Positions 1 to 11,027 are shown, counted from the first letter of the stretch. The stretch: DNA of 64,000 nt from Candidatus Latescibacterota bacterium (GCA_965222605.1 OZ244960.1:2912001-2976000); one strand, 5' to 3'. Numbers and translations: made by a program. Notes: generated by a model from the letters alone, not told the origin.

Positions 1-1176
1 ACCTGGCCCATTGTCTTGCACGCGGATGATAACGCGGCCTCGCCCATCGGGTTGCGCCGACAGATCCACGCGGGCATTGGGACGACCTGCAAGAGCTTGC
101 ACGGCATTCCGCATCAAATTGATCAACACCTGTTCGATGAGATCGGGATCGGCAGTAAGCTCGAGCGTCCTGGGATCAATTGCCGTATGCAGGGCGATAT
201 TATTCTTGTCGCATTCCGCCTGCATGAGAAAGACGACGCGGGCAAAGAGTTCGGCGACCTGAAAAATTTGAAAATCGGGACGCGATATGTGCGTGAGTTG
301 GCGATAAGCTTCGACAAAATGGAGAAGACCTTCGCTGCGCGACTGAATCGTCTGCAGGGCGGTGTGTACATCGGGCAGTGTTTCGGGTTCGAGCGATGAA
401 GCGCGCTCAGAATCGGGCAAAAGGCCGCGCACTGTGGAAGCGAGAGAAGAGATGGGAGTAATAGAATTCATAATCTCATGAGTCAGTACCCGAATAAGCT
501 TTTGCCATGCCTCCATTTCTTGTTCTTCAAGTTCCGTCTGGATATTCTGAATAGACGCCAAAATAAAAGACTCACCCCGCATCCGCAGTTCGGTCGCATA
601 GACGATAATCTGGAGCAGTTCGTCCTCGTCCTGAATCTTAACCAGAGCCTTGTCGCCCGAGCGGAGTTTGAGCAGTGTCTCTGAAAACGCCTTACTAACC
701 GTCTCCAATTCGCGCACATCGCGCATGTGGGGTTTGCGAAGCAACCGCTGCGCCGCCGTATTCATCAGTTCGATACGGCCTTCGGGCGTATAGCAAATCA
801 GACCAATGCCCACATGCTGGACAATGGTCTGTAAATACTGAAAATTCTCTTCTTTTTCTGCGCGCGTCTTGCGAAAAGCCTCGAGGACCTCGTTAAACGC
901 ATCCTTGAGATCATTATAAGCCGATCCCAACCCGGCACCGGTGAAAGATTGGGAAAAATCCTCATAGCGAATCGCCTGCAAAAATCGCGTGAGATCGCGC
1001 TGGGTGCGCTCCACATAGTGTATAAGTGCCCAAGTCTGGTAGAGCACACACGCACCAATAATAGCAAGCGTGGCGTAGTATTCGCTAAAAAAAAGACAAA
1101 AAAAGAAAACACAAGTAGTGACGCACAAAAAGGCCACGCGCAAAACACATATCAGACGAAAGTGTTTATAAGCCAT
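1..1176 (-). CDS. Membrane sensor histidine kinase (NtrY/NtrB-like), runs off the window edge
   Basis: Translated by hand from ATG 1176 (MAYKHFRLICVLRVAFL...), two hydrophobic segments, H-box 'WQKLIRVLTHEIMNSITPISSLA'; overlaps the response-regulator stop; absent from the ORF track because it is open at the edge. Confidence 0.9.
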   Translation of the reverse strand, partial: MAYKHFRLICVLRVAFLCVTTCVFFFCLFFSEYYATLAIIGACVLYQTWALIHYVERTQRDLTRFLQAIRYEDFSQSFTGAGLGSAYNDLKDAFNEVLEAFRKTRAEKEENFQYLQTIVQHVGIGLICYTPEGRIELMNTAAQRLLRKPHMRDVRELETVSKAFSETLLKLRSGDKALVKIQDEDELLQIIVYATELRMRGESFILASIQNIQTELEEQEMEAWQKLIRVLTHEIMNSITPISSLASTVRGLLPDSERASSLEPETLPDVHTALQTIQSRSEGLLHFVEAYRQLTHISRPDFQIFQVAELFARVVFLMQAECDKNNIALHTAIDPRTLELTADPDLIEQVLINLMRNAVQALAGRPNARVDLSAQPDGRGRVIIRVQDNGPG

Positions 1177-2548
1177 GCTTTTCGAGCCTGCGATAAAGCG
1201 CGCTACGCGTGAGACCGAGTTCACGCGCAGCGTGACTGATATTGCCGCGGTGTTTCTCAATCGCTTTGCGAATAACGATTTTTTCCACGTATTCGAGATT
1301 GTAGTCGTCAAAATGAATCTCGTCACCTGCGGCGGGTTCCGAAACGCTAAGTGGAAAGTCTAACGGTTGAAGGATACCATTTTCATTCATAATCACAGCC
1401 CGTTCAATCGCGTGCTGCAATTCGCGGATATTGCCAGGCCATGTGTAATTCTTGAGGTGTTCAAGTGCTACTGACTGAATGGCAATACCCGGTTTATTGT
1501 ATTTCTGACCGTACGTATCGAGAAACACCTCAACCAGCAGAGGAATATCGTCAAGGCGATCGCGCAGAGCCGGCAGATGGAGTTCAACGGTATTGATGCG
1601 ATACAGAAGATCTTGCCGAAAATCATTGCTAACCACCATATCGTGAATGGGCATGTTGGTCGCGCAGATCAATCGTACATCAATGTCGATAGGTCGGTTG
1701 GTACCCAGGCGAATAACCGTGCGATTTTCAATCGCCGTGAGCAGTTTGGCCTGAAGCGGAAGTGAGAGATTGCCAATTTCATCTAAAAAGAGCGTACCAC
1801 CCGACGCGATTTCAAAACGCCCCGCGCGGTCTTCTCGGGCATCTGTAAAAGCGCCTTTTTTGTGTCCAAAAAGCTCGCTTTCAAAAAGGCTTTCTGAAAC
1901 AGCGCCGAGATCAACGCGGATAAATGCCTCTGACGCACACCGAGATCGACGGTGCAGGGCGCGAGCAACAGCATCTTTGCCGGTTCCATTCTCGCCGAGG
2001 ATGAGCACATTGGCATCTGTAGCACCCACTTTTTGAATGGTATCAAAGACCTCGCACATAGCGCGCGATGTACCCACCATATCGGGAAATTGACCGTCGA
2101 GATCTGCCCGAAGCTGTTCTTGTTCGGCACGCAACTGATCGACTTCGAGCCGCGACCGACGCAACCGCGCAGCAGAAGAAAGGGTCGCGAGCAACTTTTC
2201 ATTTTGCCACGGCTTGAGCACAAAATCCGTCGCGCCTTCTTTGATCGCTTGCACAGCAGTTTCAACACCGCCATAAGCCGTAATGAGAATGACCACAGCC
2301 GAAGAATCAATTTCGAGAATGCGGCTCAACCAGTGAAATCCCTCTTTGCCCGACGTGGCGTCGTGCGCAAAATTCATATCGAGCAAAATCACATCATAAG
2401 TATCATTTTGCAACAGGCTGGGAATGCGATTGGGATCGGCTTCGGTATCAACGCGTTCGGTATATTGCTTGAGAAAGAGTTGCGCGGCCAACAAAACATC
2501 GCGGTCATCGTCAACAATGAGAATTTTGTTGAAAGATTTCGATTCCAT
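1166..2548 (-). CDS. Sigma-54-dependent response regulator (NtrC family)
   Basis: Receiver domain (ILIVDDD, LLDMNF), AAA+ GENGTGK, GAFTDA loop, C-terminal Fis-type HTH. Confidence 0.95.
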   Translation of the reverse strand: MESKSFNKILIVDDDRDVLLAAQLFLKQYTERVDTEADPNRIPSLLQNDTYDVILLDMNFAHDATSGKEGFHWLSRILEIDSSAVVILITAYGGVETAVQAIKEGATDFVLKPWQNEKLLATLSSAARLRRSRLEVDQLRAEQEQLRADLDGQFPDMVGTSRAMCEVFDTIQKVGATDANVLILGENGTGKDAVARALHRRSRCASEAFIRVDLGAVSESLFESELFGHKKGAFTDAREDRAGRFEIASGGTLFLDEIGNLSLPLQAKLLTAIENRTVIRLGTNRPIDIDVRLICATNMPIHDMVVSNDFRQDLLYRINTVELHLPALRDRLDDIPLLVEVFLDTYGQKYNKPGIAIQSVALEHLKNYTWPGNIRELQHAIERAVIMNENGILQPLDFPLSVSEPAAGDEIHFDDYNLEYVEKIVIRKAIEKHRGNISHAARELGLTRSALYRRLEKHGL

Positions 2549-2587
2549 AACAACCTCGGACTTTGCAGCCCTGTACCTACCGCCCTT

Positions 2588-3688
2588 TTATTTTCCGAAT
2601 TTGAGAATCATAATCCACAGAGGTTGTTCGCCCACATCATAGACTTTGAGAGGGATGAGATCACCCGTCTCCGTATCGATGCGATACCCGGCCATTTTGT
2701 CTGATTTTTGACCCGCTGCAAAGAGAAAATTGCCATCGGGATCGAGATTAAATGGCCGTGGGATGGGTTCCGTGAGCGTTTGACCCAGCGATCTGAGAGA
2801 ACCATCGTCCTGCACGGCGTAGCGCGCAATGCTATTGTGCCCGCGATTGGATATATAGAGGAATTTGCCCGAAGGATGAATGTGGATTTGAGCGCAGGTA
2901 TTGCGTTCTGTAAAGCCCTCTGGCAGCGTTGAAAGATTTTGGCGGCGCGCAAGAGTTCCACTGTCGGGATCCAAATCATACACCGTGACACTGGACCCAT
3001 TTTCATTTGCAACATAAACCACATCTAAAGTCGGATGAAACTCATAGTGTCGCGGGCCTTCGCCATGGCGCGCATCGACTTTCACCACCTCATTAGCTGC
3101 CAACTCACCTGTGGTCTCATCAAAGGTAAATTGATAAATGGCATTGGGCGGCATGGTGTGCGGTACAAACAAATATCGATTAGAAGGATCGGAAAAAAAG
3201 CAATGCGCGTGTTCATCCGTGGGAATCCACTGGCGATGCGGAGCGAGCACGGCCCCATCTTTGTCAATAGCATTGATGGCGACTGCGCCCTCGCCGTAAT
3301 ACGCAGAAAAAAGATACCGCCCGGTTTTGTCCGTGCTAATATAACAAGAGCCACCATCAAAAGGCGCAGTGGCAATATGCTCAAGAGCGCCCGTTTCCGG
3401 ATCAATTTTGTAAGTGACGAGTTCTTTAGACTGGCGCAAGGCCGCGTACAGATATTTTTGTCGCGGATCGGTACAAAGCGGACCGATACCGCCTTTGGCG
3501 GGAAGTTCTTCAACAAGCGTGAGGTCGCCGGTATCGGGGTCCATATCATAACGCAAAAGCTTCTTGTCTCCAGAGACAGCGACGTACATGTGATACTTCA
3601 TACTGGGTTCCTTTCTATTGAATTGTTGGGCAAACAAACTGCCCGTTAACATGACATAGAGAAGAAAAAAAATCGTTTTCATGGACAT
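2588..3688 (-). CDS. Lactonase family beta-propeller (6-phosphogluconolactonase-like)
   Basis: HAHC, GPRH, SNRGHNSI and PRPFNLDPDG motifs; start may be 3682 or 3601. Confidence 0.85.
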   Translation of the reverse strand: MSMKTIFFLLYVMLTGSLFAQQFNRKEPSMKYHMYVAVSGDKKLLRYDMDPDTGDLTLVEELPAKGGIGPLCTDPRQKYLYAALRQSKELVTYKIDPETGALEHIATAPFDGGSCYISTDKTGRYLFSAYYGEGAVAINAIDKDGAVLAPHRQWIPTDEHAHCFFSDPSNRYLFVPHTMPPNAIYQFTFDETTGELAANEVVKVDARHGEGPRHYEFHPTLDVVYVANENGSSVTVYDLDPDSGTLARRQNLSTLPEGFTERNTCAQIHIHPSGKFLYISNRGHNSIARYAVQDDGSLRSLGQTLTEPIPRPFNLDPDGNFLFAAGQKSDKMAGYRIDTETGDLIPLKVYDVGEQPLWIMILKFGK

Positions 3689-3843
3689 ACTCCAAAAAAG
3701 TGGCAGTTATTTTTCACAATATAGCATTGGATCAGGCGAATAGAAAGCAGAAAGGGAGACACCATTTTGCAGGCTTGACTTTGTGACAAGAGAAGCGTTT
3801 ATTGCTCGCTTGGGACCCTCTAACACCTTTTCAGGAGAAAAAT

Positions 3844-5235
3844 ATGAGCAAAAAACCCAATATCTTCTTCTTTTTTACAGATGACCAGCGATTTGACACC
3901 ATTCGCGCGCTGGGCAATAGTGATGTGCAAACGCCGACAATGGATCAGTTGGTAGCAGAAGGCACGACATTTACACACGCACATATTCCCGGCGGGACAT
4001 CGGGCGCGATTTGCATGCCCAGCCGCGCCATGTTGCACACGGGACGCACGCTATTTCACCTCAACGGCGCTGGCCAGGGCATTCCCAATGACCATGTGAT
4101 GCTGGGCGAACATCTGCAAGCCAACGGCTATCGCACATGGGGCACGGGAAAATGGCACAATGGCTCCGCTTCTTTTGCGCGCAGTTTTTCAGACGGCGCA
4201 GAGATCTTTTACGGCGGCATGGACGACCACTGGAATGTCCCCGCATTTAATTACGACCCCACCGGCAAATACGACTCCGTGTTGCCGCAGTGCCCGAATG
4301 CCAACAAATCGAATGTCTTAAAAATTCGAAGAGGCGACCACGTAACCGCGGGCAAACACTCCAGCGAATTATTTGCCGAAGGTGCGATTGATTGGCTGAA
4401 AAAATACGATTTCGATAATCCATTTTTTATGTACATCTCATTTATGGCTCCCCACGACCCGCGCACAATGCCGCAAAAATATCTGGACATGTACGATCCC
4501 GAAGACACTCCGCTTCCCGAAAATTTTATGGGCGGACATCCCTTTGACAATGGCGACCTGAAAGTCCGCGATGAAGTACTCGAAGATTTTCCCCGCGATC
4601 CCTACAAAGTGCGGCAACATATTGCCGAATACTATGCGATGATCACCCATTTAGACGCGCAAATGGGGCGCGTGCTCGACACAATAAGCGCGCGCGGAAT
4701 GGCGGATAACACCATCGTGATTTTTGCCGGGGATAATGGTCTTGCCGTAGGACAGCACGGGCTTTTTGGCAAACAGAACATGTACGAACACAGCGTGCGC
4801 GTACCCTTGATATTTTCCGGACCAGGCGTACCCGCGGGTGAAAAACGATCTGCCTATGTGTATTTGCACGATATTTTCCCAACCCTGTGCGACCTGATCG
4901 GCACCAACACGCCAGACTCCGTGGAGGGAACAAGTCTGGTATCGGCACTCAACAACGGCGATGAACTAGTGCGCGACACCCTGTTCTCTGCGTATCGCGA
5001 GTGGCAGCGCATGGTAAAAGACAACCGGTACAAGCTCATTGAATACGCAGTAAATGGACGTCGCACAACGCAGCTATTCGATCTGGAAAACGACCCATTG
5101 GAACTGCACAATCTCGCAGACGACAAAGCACACGCGGACAAGGTAGCTGACCTGCGAGAAGTACTTTTTAAATGGCGCGACGACTGGGACGATGCGAAAA
5201 GCGAATGGGGAAAAACATTTTGGGAAGCGTTTTAA
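3844..5235 (+). CDS. Sulfatase (formylglycine-dependent)
   Basis: KPNIFFFFTDDQR, CMPSRAMLHTG (CxPxR), GKWH, GDNG; AGGAG RBS before ATG 3844. Confidence 0.93.
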   Translation: MSKKPNIFFFFTDDQRFDTIRALGNSDVQTPTMDQLVAEGTTFTHAHIPGGTSGAICMPSRAMLHTGRTLFHLNGAGQGIPNDHVMLGEHLQANGYRTWGTGKWHNGSASFARSFSDGAEIFYGGMDDHWNVPAFNYDPTGKYDSVLPQCPNANKSNVLKIRRGDHVTAGKHSSELFAEGAIDWLKKYDFDNPFFMYISFMAPHDPRTMPQKYLDMYDPEDTPLPENFMGGHPFDNGDLKVRDEVLEDFPRDPYKVRQHIAEYYAMITHLDAQMGRVLDTISARGMADNTIVIFAGDNGLAVGQHGLFGKQNMYEHSVRVPLIFSGPGVPAGEKRSAYVYLHDIFPTLCDLIGTNTPDSVEGTSLVSALNNGDELVRDTLFSAYREWQRMVKDNRYKLIEYAVNGRRTTQLFDLENDPLELHNLADDKAHADKVADLREVLFKWRDDWDDAKSEWGKTFWEAF

Positions 5236-5257
5236 AACAAGCGGAAAGGAGACGGCC

Positions 5258-6103
5258 ATGGATGTTTCAAGTCTGGCGCATAGCCTAACAGAAGAAGAGC
5301 GGTTGCGGTTTGATCGCGAGGGGTATCTTATTATCGAAAATGCACTTGAACCCGATCACGTCGCGCGCCTCTGCGCTGTGGTTGATCGCGTAGATGCCGA
5401 AATGCGTCCCAAACAAGGCGTAGATCAGCTCGGGCGTTTGAGCGTCAGAGACTTTATCGGCCTCGACTGGAAATTTGTCGAACTGGTAGATTGGCCCAGG
5501 ACCATTGCAAAAGTGTGGGATATTTTGAGCTGGAATTTGCAAATCTATCACTCGCATCTCAACGTCACCCCCCCGGTGCCAAACGGAAGTGGCGAAAAAA
5601 ATCTGCGCTGGCATCAAGATAGTGCCCTGCTCAATCGGGAATTGGAAACAGATCCCAGACCCCGCATTTCAATCAAAGTGGCATACTTTTTAACGGATTG
5701 CAGTGAAGATGGTCGGGGCAACTTTTACATTATTCCGGGCAGTCATTTGACCAACGACTACGGCTTTCCCAATGGCGACCGCACATCTGAACCCAAAGAT
5801 GCAATACCCGTGCTGGTCAAGCCGGGAACAGCCGTGTTTTTTGATCGCAGACTCTGGCACTCGGTAAGTGTAAATTACTGGACAGAAGCGCGTCGGGCAT
5901 TGTTTTACGGATATAGCTATCGCTGGTTCCGCCCCCGCGATGATGTAACCATGGATCACTGGTGGGACCGGTTAGATCCCATTCGCAAACAATTATTTGG
6001 CAATGCACCAACCGGCGGGTATGGTTTTACGTCTCCAACAGACGAAGATGTGCCCTTGCGCGGATGGCTATCTGAACACCTGGGCGAAGAAGCCGTGGCA
6101 TAG
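5258..6103 (+). CDS. Phytanoyl-CoA dioxygenase (PhyH) family 2OG-Fe(II) oxygenase
   Basis: WHQD, IPGSH, distal LWH; AGGAG RBS. Confidence 0.88.
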   Translation: MDVSSLAHSLTEEERLRFDREGYLIIENALEPDHVARLCAVVDRVDAEMRPKQGVDQLGRLSVRDFIGLDWKFVELVDWPRTIAKVWDILSWNLQIYHSHLNVTPPVPNGSGEKNLRWHQDSALLNRELETDPRPRISIKVAYFLTDCSEDGRGNFYIIPGSHLTNDYGFPNGDRTSEPKDAIPVLVKPGTAVFFDRRLWHSVSVNYWTEARRALFYGYSYRWFRPRDDVTMDHWWDRLDPIRKQLFGNAPTGGYGFTSPTDEDVPLRGWLSEHLGEEAVA

Positions 6104-6135
6104 CCCAGATGTGAGACAACAAAGAGGATCGGGTT

Positions 6136-6894
6136 ATGGAATGGGAACCCATTTTTCACGATTTTACATTTGGCGAATCCGAACGCGAAGAAATGGATCG
6201 CGAAGGGCATATCGCTTTCCCGAGTCTGCTGAAAGACGATGCACAGGAAAAGTTGACAGAATCCCTGTCCTATATTGAATCACTCAGACCACAGGCAAAA
6301 GAAGGACATGAACCCAATCGCTTCGCGGCTGAGTTTGACTGGTATCTCGAAAGCTTAATCGGCCATCCCCAAATGCTCAGATTGGCGCGAGATATTCTGG
6401 GCGAGAATATCCGGTATGATCACTGCGTCAGCCTGAACCGCCCCGGGGGCAATCGCGGAACACACTGGCACACACATGGGTATGGAGAAGAAGACCCCAG
6501 CCTGGGATTTGTTCGCATCTTCTTTTATGTCAACGGATTTGAACCCGACGATGGTGGGTTAAAAGTAGTGCCCGGCAGCCATCTGTTCCGCGACCGCATC
6601 GGGCGTGTTGACTCAGACAAGGCATTGCAAGCGCAGTGGATCAGCGGAAAAACCCACCCGATAACGGGTGAACCCCTCCAAATACACGCGCTCTCCGTCC
6701 CGCCTGGAACCGTAATCGCCATGTGGACATTTGCCGCTCACGGGGTAAACCCGCGACAGCCGCACAGCGATACGCGGTGGTGCGTGGTATATGCCTATCG
6801 CAATCCCGGCTTGCCGTCAAATGCGCGATGGATATCTGAAGAATACGAAAAACGGCGCGTCCCCGGCGCCGAGGGACTATTGAGTCTTTATTGA
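6136..6894 (+). CDS. PhyH family dioxygenase
   Basis: WHTH, GGLKVVPGSH, AAHGV motifs. Confidence 0.8.
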   Translation: MEWEPIFHDFTFGESEREEMDREGHIAFPSLLKDDAQEKLTESLSYIESLRPQAKEGHEPNRFAAEFDWYLESLIGHPQMLRLARDILGENIRYDHCVSLNRPGGNRGTHWHTHGYGEEDPSLGFVRIFFYVNGFEPDDGGLKVVPGSHLFRDRIGRVDSDKALQAQWISGKTHPITGEPLQIHALSVPPGTVIAMWTFAAHGVNPRQPHSDTRWCVVYAYRNPGLPSNARWISEEYEKRRVPGAEGLLSLY

Positions 6895-6911
6895 GCAGAA
6901 AGGAGAAAAGC

Positions 6912-7577
6912 ATGAATATCTTATTCTTGCGGCACTCAGCGGGTTTTGAACACAGCTATTTGCCCGATGCAGAAGTGGCATTAAAAGCAATTGGGAAAGA
7001 AAATGGATGGCGGGTTTTAACCACGCATCGGTTGGACCGCATCTCGGCTGAGAACCTGGAAAAATTTGACATCCTCGCATTTGCGACAACCGGAAACCTG
7101 TCCTTTACCGATGAACAAAAAACCGCGATTCTGGATTTTGTCCGCAACGGCAAATCATTTCTTGGCATACACAACGCAACCGATACGTGCTATGACTGGC
7201 CCGAATACGGCGAAATGCTCGGCGGATGGTTTAACGGCCATCCCTGGCATCAAGAAGTGGGGATTATTGTCGAAGACACCAATCACCCCGCGACAAAAAT
7301 GCTGGGCGACTATTTTCGGGTAACAGATGAAATTTACACATTTAAAAATTACGACCGCAACAAGACGCATGTCTTGATGCGGATCGATAACGAAACCGTG
7401 GATCTAAAAAAAGGCAACCGCGAAGATAACGACTACGCCATGGGCTGGTGCCACGAATACGGCAAAGGCCGCGTCATGTACACCGCTCTGGGACATCCCG
7501 ATGCCCTGTGGCACGAAGACTGGTTCCACGCGCACATCACGGGATGTATCAAATGGGCTGCGAGATTGGAGGATTAG
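6912..7577 (+). CDS. ThuA-like domain protein
   Basis: GFEHS, GIHNATD, GGWFNGHP, DEIY, GRVMYTALGH. Confidence 0.88.
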   Translation: MNILFLRHSAGFEHSYLPDAEVALKAIGKENGWRVLTTHRLDRISAENLEKFDILAFATTGNLSFTDEQKTAILDFVRNGKSFLGIHNATDTCYDWPEYGEMLGGWFNGHPWHQEVGIIVEDTNHPATKMLGDYFRVTDEIYTFKNYDRNKTHVLMRIDNETVDLKKGNREDNDYAMGWCHEYGKGRVMYTALGHPDALWHEDWFHAHITGCIKWAARLED

Positions 7578-7578
7578 A

Positions 7579-8544
7579 ATGCCAAAATTTGTATTCATGC
7601 CCCCGCAGGACGACCTCAGGCGCTCATTCGCCACCCGCCTATCGGACGAACTCCCCGAATACGACGTCCTATCGCCCGAATACGACGAAGACGCCATAGA
7701 GGCAATACGTGACGCCGACGCCGCATTCGGCTGGATACCACCTGAAGCGCTCGCTGTCGCCGAAAAACTCACCTGGCTACACAATCCAGACGCCGGTCCC
7801 TTCTTCGGATACTACTACAAAGAACTGACCGAACACCCGCTGACCATCACAAACCCGCGCGGTATATACTTCGACCACATATCGCACCACATCCTGATGT
7901 TCCTGCTCGCATTGGCACGCGGGCTACCGTGGTACATGGACGCGCAACGCCGCAGGGAGTGGGACAAGACCGCACGCAAATCCCCGTACATAGACCTCGC
8001 TGGCGCAACAGCGCTCATCAACGGCGTCGGCGGTATCGGACACGAGACAGCGCGCTTGTGCAATGCCCTGAGAATGGACATCATCGGCATCGAACCTCGA
8101 CCCGAGTACGAACTGTCCTATGTCGAATTCCACACCCCGGACGAGATTGACGCACTCCTCCCGCAAGCGGACTTTGTGATCACCACCGTCCCACACACAC
8201 CCGAAACCGAAGGCATGTTCGACGCGCGGCGCTTCGCCCTGATGAAACCCTCGGCGTACTTCATCAACATCGGACGCGGCAAAGTATGCAAAATAGATGA
8301 CCTCGCCAACGCCATCGAATCGGGCACAATAGCTGGCGCCGGTCTCGACGTATTCGAGCAAGAACCACTGCCCTCCGACCACAAGCTATGGGGCCTGCCC
8401 AACGTACTGATGACGCCCCATGTGGCAGTCAGGGACGCCAGCAACATAAACGAGCGACGCTTTGAAATACTCATCGACAACGCGAGACGCTTCCTCGCAG
8501 GCGAAGAACTGACCAATGTCGTGGATAAATCAAAGTGGTATTAA
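7579..8544 (+). CDS. D-2-hydroxyacid dehydrogenase
   Basis: GVGGIG Rossmann motif, INIGRG, AGLDVFEQEPLP, TPHVA. Confidence 0.92.
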   Translation: MPKFVFMPPQDDLRRSFATRLSDELPEYDVLSPEYDEDAIEAIRDADAAFGWIPPEALAVAEKLTWLHNPDAGPFFGYYYKELTEHPLTITNPRGIYFDHISHHILMFLLALARGLPWYMDAQRRREWDKTARKSPYIDLAGATALINGVGGIGHETARLCNALRMDIIGIEPRPEYELSYVEFHTPDEIDALLPQADFVITTVPHTPETEGMFDARRFALMKPSAYFINIGRGKVCKIDDLANAIESGTIAGAGLDVFEQEPLPSDHKLWGLPNVLMTPHVAVRDASNINERRFEILIDNARRFLAGEELTNVVDKSKWY

Positions 8545-8616
8545 TGGGAATTACGGTCAGATGAGAGAGATGAGAGAATAATAAAGAGTAACAAAACACT
8601 TACAATCTCGGGAGTA

Positions 8617-8889
8617 ATGACAATGCAACTAGCCCTGAATGAAGCTGAAACACGCCTTTCCGAACTCGTTATCGCAGCTCAAAACGGCGAGCGGGTCGTT
8701 ATCACCAAGGACGGTGAACCGGCCGTCGAGCTCGTGCGCTGTCGCAAGAAGCGCGGCGGTATCGACTTTGACAAGCTGGAGGCCGCCCGCAGGCAACTCG
8801 GAATCAAGGGGGATAGAGAGCGGTGGCCGGAGGAATTTAACGATCCAGCCTTCAGCCGCCGCGTGCTCGGCCTCGAAGAAAACGAATAG
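8617..8889 (+). CDS. Phd/YefM-family antitoxin
   Basis: 'EAETRLSELVIAAQNGERVVITKDGEPAVELV' is the Phd signature. Confidence 0.85.
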   Translation: MTMQLALNEAETRLSELVIAAQNGERVVITKDGEPAVELVRCRKKRGGIDFDKLEAARRQLGIKGDRERWPEEFNDPAFSRRVLGLEENE

Positions 8890-8901
8890 AGGACAAAACC
8901 C

Positions 8902-8979
8902 GTGCGCATTCTTCTCGACACGTCTTACCTCTACGATCTAATGGAGACACACGGCAAGTTCTCGGATAGAGAACATTGA
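8902..8979 (+). pseudogene. Truncated VapC/PIN toxin stub (25 aa)
   Basis: GTG-RILLDTSYLYDLMETHGKFSDREH-stop directly after the antitoxin; only the first PIN strand (ILLDT) remains. Confidence 0.7.
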
Positions 8980-9011
8980 GCACCCACTGGCCATCACAGT
9001 CTGAACTCAGA

Positions 9012-9908
9012 CTATCCCAATCCCTTTAGATGGGTACGGGCACGGTACAAATACCCATCTATAGCCGTGACATAGAGCGACTGCAAATCTTCATCGCCAA
9101 AAGCGCAATTCGTCGGATTAATGGGAAAAGGATGCGTTTCGAGCACCCGTCCGCTGGGCGCAAAAACATAGATCATCGAGCCGGGACCGCTGTCCGGCCA
9201 ACCTGCGGACGCGACAATATTGAGATCGGCATCCAGCCTCATACCATCTATACCTCGATGAGGACCAAAATTGTGGAGCACCTCATAAGCACCCAGCGAC
9301 CCATCTTCCTCAATCGGATAAGCGCGCAGTTCCCGAGCAGTTTCGGGGAGATAATCGCTTTGCGCCACATACAGGATCTTCATATCGGGCGTAACAATCA
9401 GACCATTGGGCTTTGTCGTATCAAAAGTTACCCGCACCGTCGTGTACGTGCCATCAGCCTGGGGATCCGCGCGATACACCGACTCATGACCGATATCCAT
9501 ACATGATCTGTCATTGCCATATCTCGGATCCGTGAACCAGACGCGGCCTTTTGCATCCACGACGAGATCGTTGGGACTGTTAAAACGATTCCCCTCAAAA
9601 TTGTCGGAAATCACAGTCGTCGAGCCATCGCTTTCATAGCGTGCGATGCGACGCCCTGGACCATCCACGAATCTGTCACCACTCGGATCAAACGTGCCCT
9701 CTGCGCCATAAACCCGGCCCTGCGCATCAGTAGTCAGGCCATTGGCTCTGTTAGTACCCGTGCGCCACTCGTCGCAAACACCCGTCTCGGGATCATAACG
9801 CATCGCGCGATCCCCCGGCATATCTGTAAATAACAGCACATCTCCTATCCACACCGGACCCTCGGTAAACCCAAACGGACCAGCCACCTGTTCAAAATTC
9901 CATTCCAT
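9012..9908 (-). CDS. SMP-30/gluconolactonase/LRE family protein
   Basis: FTEGPVW, RFNSPNDL, WFTDP, PNG, DGM, PTNCAFG. Confidence 0.92.
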   Translation of the reverse strand: MEWNFEQVAGPFGFTEGPVWIGDVLLFTDMPGDRAMRYDPETGVCDEWRTGTNRANGLTTDAQGRVYGAEGTFDPSGDRFVDGPGRRIARYESDGSTTVISDNFEGNRFNSPNDLVVDAKGRVWFTDPRYGNDRSCMDIGHESVYRADPQADGTYTTVRVTFDTTKPNGLIVTPDMKILYVAQSDYLPETARELRAYPIEEDGSLGAYEVLHNFGPHRGIDGMRLDADLNIVASAGWPDSGPGSMIYVFAPSGRVLETHPFPINPTNCAFGDEDLQSLYVTAIDGYLYRARTHLKGLG

Positions 9909-10046
9909 AAAACTCTCCTTTGCTTCTCATCATAAAATTGCGCGATTTCGCCCCAAACATACGCGATTGCCAATACGAGACGCAATATTTTTATTTTCTA
10001 TAAAAAATGTCGGACCATTCCCCGTGCCCGCCCGTATCTATTTCCC

Positions 10047-10075
10047 GTAGGGGACGGTCCCCGTGCCGTCCCGTG
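10047..10075 (+). repeat. GTAG-type REP palindrome (family A)
   Basis: GTAGGGGACGGTCCCCGTGCCGTCCCGTG; exact reverse complement at 38146-38174, variant near 56420, related GTAG element near 55350. Confidence 0.8.
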
Positions 10076-10202
10076 CGATCCAGAAGGTTTTGACCGCTAA
10101 TCACAATCTGAAGGGTGGCGCAATTTCGCCTGATTCCGTACATTAAACCCTTTAAGATGCATGCCTACTGTGCAATATTGATTACCCTGAGTGAGGACCA
10201 CC

Positions 10203-10236
10203 GTCATCGCGGCATGCTTAAAGCCGCGATCCAGTA
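10203..10236 (+). repeat. GTCAT...ATCCAG palindromic repeat (family B)
   Basis: GTCATCGCGGCATGCTTAAAGCCGCGATCCAGTA; near-identical reverse copies at 38111-38144 and about 49670-49703. Confidence 0.75.
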
Positions 10237-10250
10237 ATTATAGATAAACA

Positions 10251-11027
10251 ATGAAAATCGAAAAACCACCATACACAATCACGTCGGACATTCTCTTCCG
10301 CATTGAAGAAATTGGTGAAGCGATTGGCCGCGCAACGGGCATCTCACAGGACTTGCGCCTGCGACGAATCAATCGCATCCTCACGATTCGCGGATCCCTC
10401 GCCATTGAAGGCAATATCCTCAGCGAAGAACAAGTCTCCACAATTCTCGACGGCAAGCCCGTTATTGCGCCATTCAGAGACATACAGGAAGCCCGCAACG
10501 CCATCAAAGCCTACGATCAATACCAGCAGTGGAACCCCGCCAGCGAGACCGATCTGTTGCGTGCCCACGAAGTCCTGATGGCCGGTTTATTAGATGCGCC
10601 CGGACAATATCGCCGCAGAGACATTGGCGTTATGGGCGGAGGCGAAGTCCATCACATCGGCCCACCCCCCATGCGCGTGCCACAACTCATGGCAAACTTG
10701 CTGGCCTGGCTGGGCAGCACCGATGAACACCCGCTAATTGCCAGTTCGATCTTCCACTACGAATTTGAGTTCATTCATCCCTTTGAGGACGGCAACGGAC
10801 GAATGGGACGGCTCTGGCAAACCCTGATACTGACCCGCTGGAAACCCCTGTTCGCCCACATCCCCGTAGAAAGTCTGGTCTATGCCCGACAAAGCGACTA
10901 CTACAAAGCCATCAGACAGAGTTCGTCAGAGGGCGAGAGCATGCCATTCATTGCGTTCATGCTGGAAATTATACTGGATGCAACAACTACATTCGCCCGG
11001 CAATCTCCGCAGGACTCGTGGAAATGA
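10251..11027 (+). CDS. Fic family protein
   Basis: Canonical HPFEDGNGRMGR motif and SLAIEGN inhibitory-type motif. Confidence 0.93.
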   Translation: MKIEKPPYTITSDILFRIEEIGEAIGRATGISQDLRLRRINRILTIRGSLAIEGNILSEEQVSTILDGKPVIAPFRDIQEARNAIKAYDQYQQWNPASETDLLRAHEVLMAGLLDAPGQYRRRDIGVMGGGEVHHIGPPPMRVPQLMANLLAWLGSTDEHPLIASSIFHYEFEFIHPFEDGNGRMGRLWQTLILTRWKPLFAHIPVESLVYARQSDYYKAIRQSSSEGESMPFIAFMLEIILDATTTFARQSPQDSWK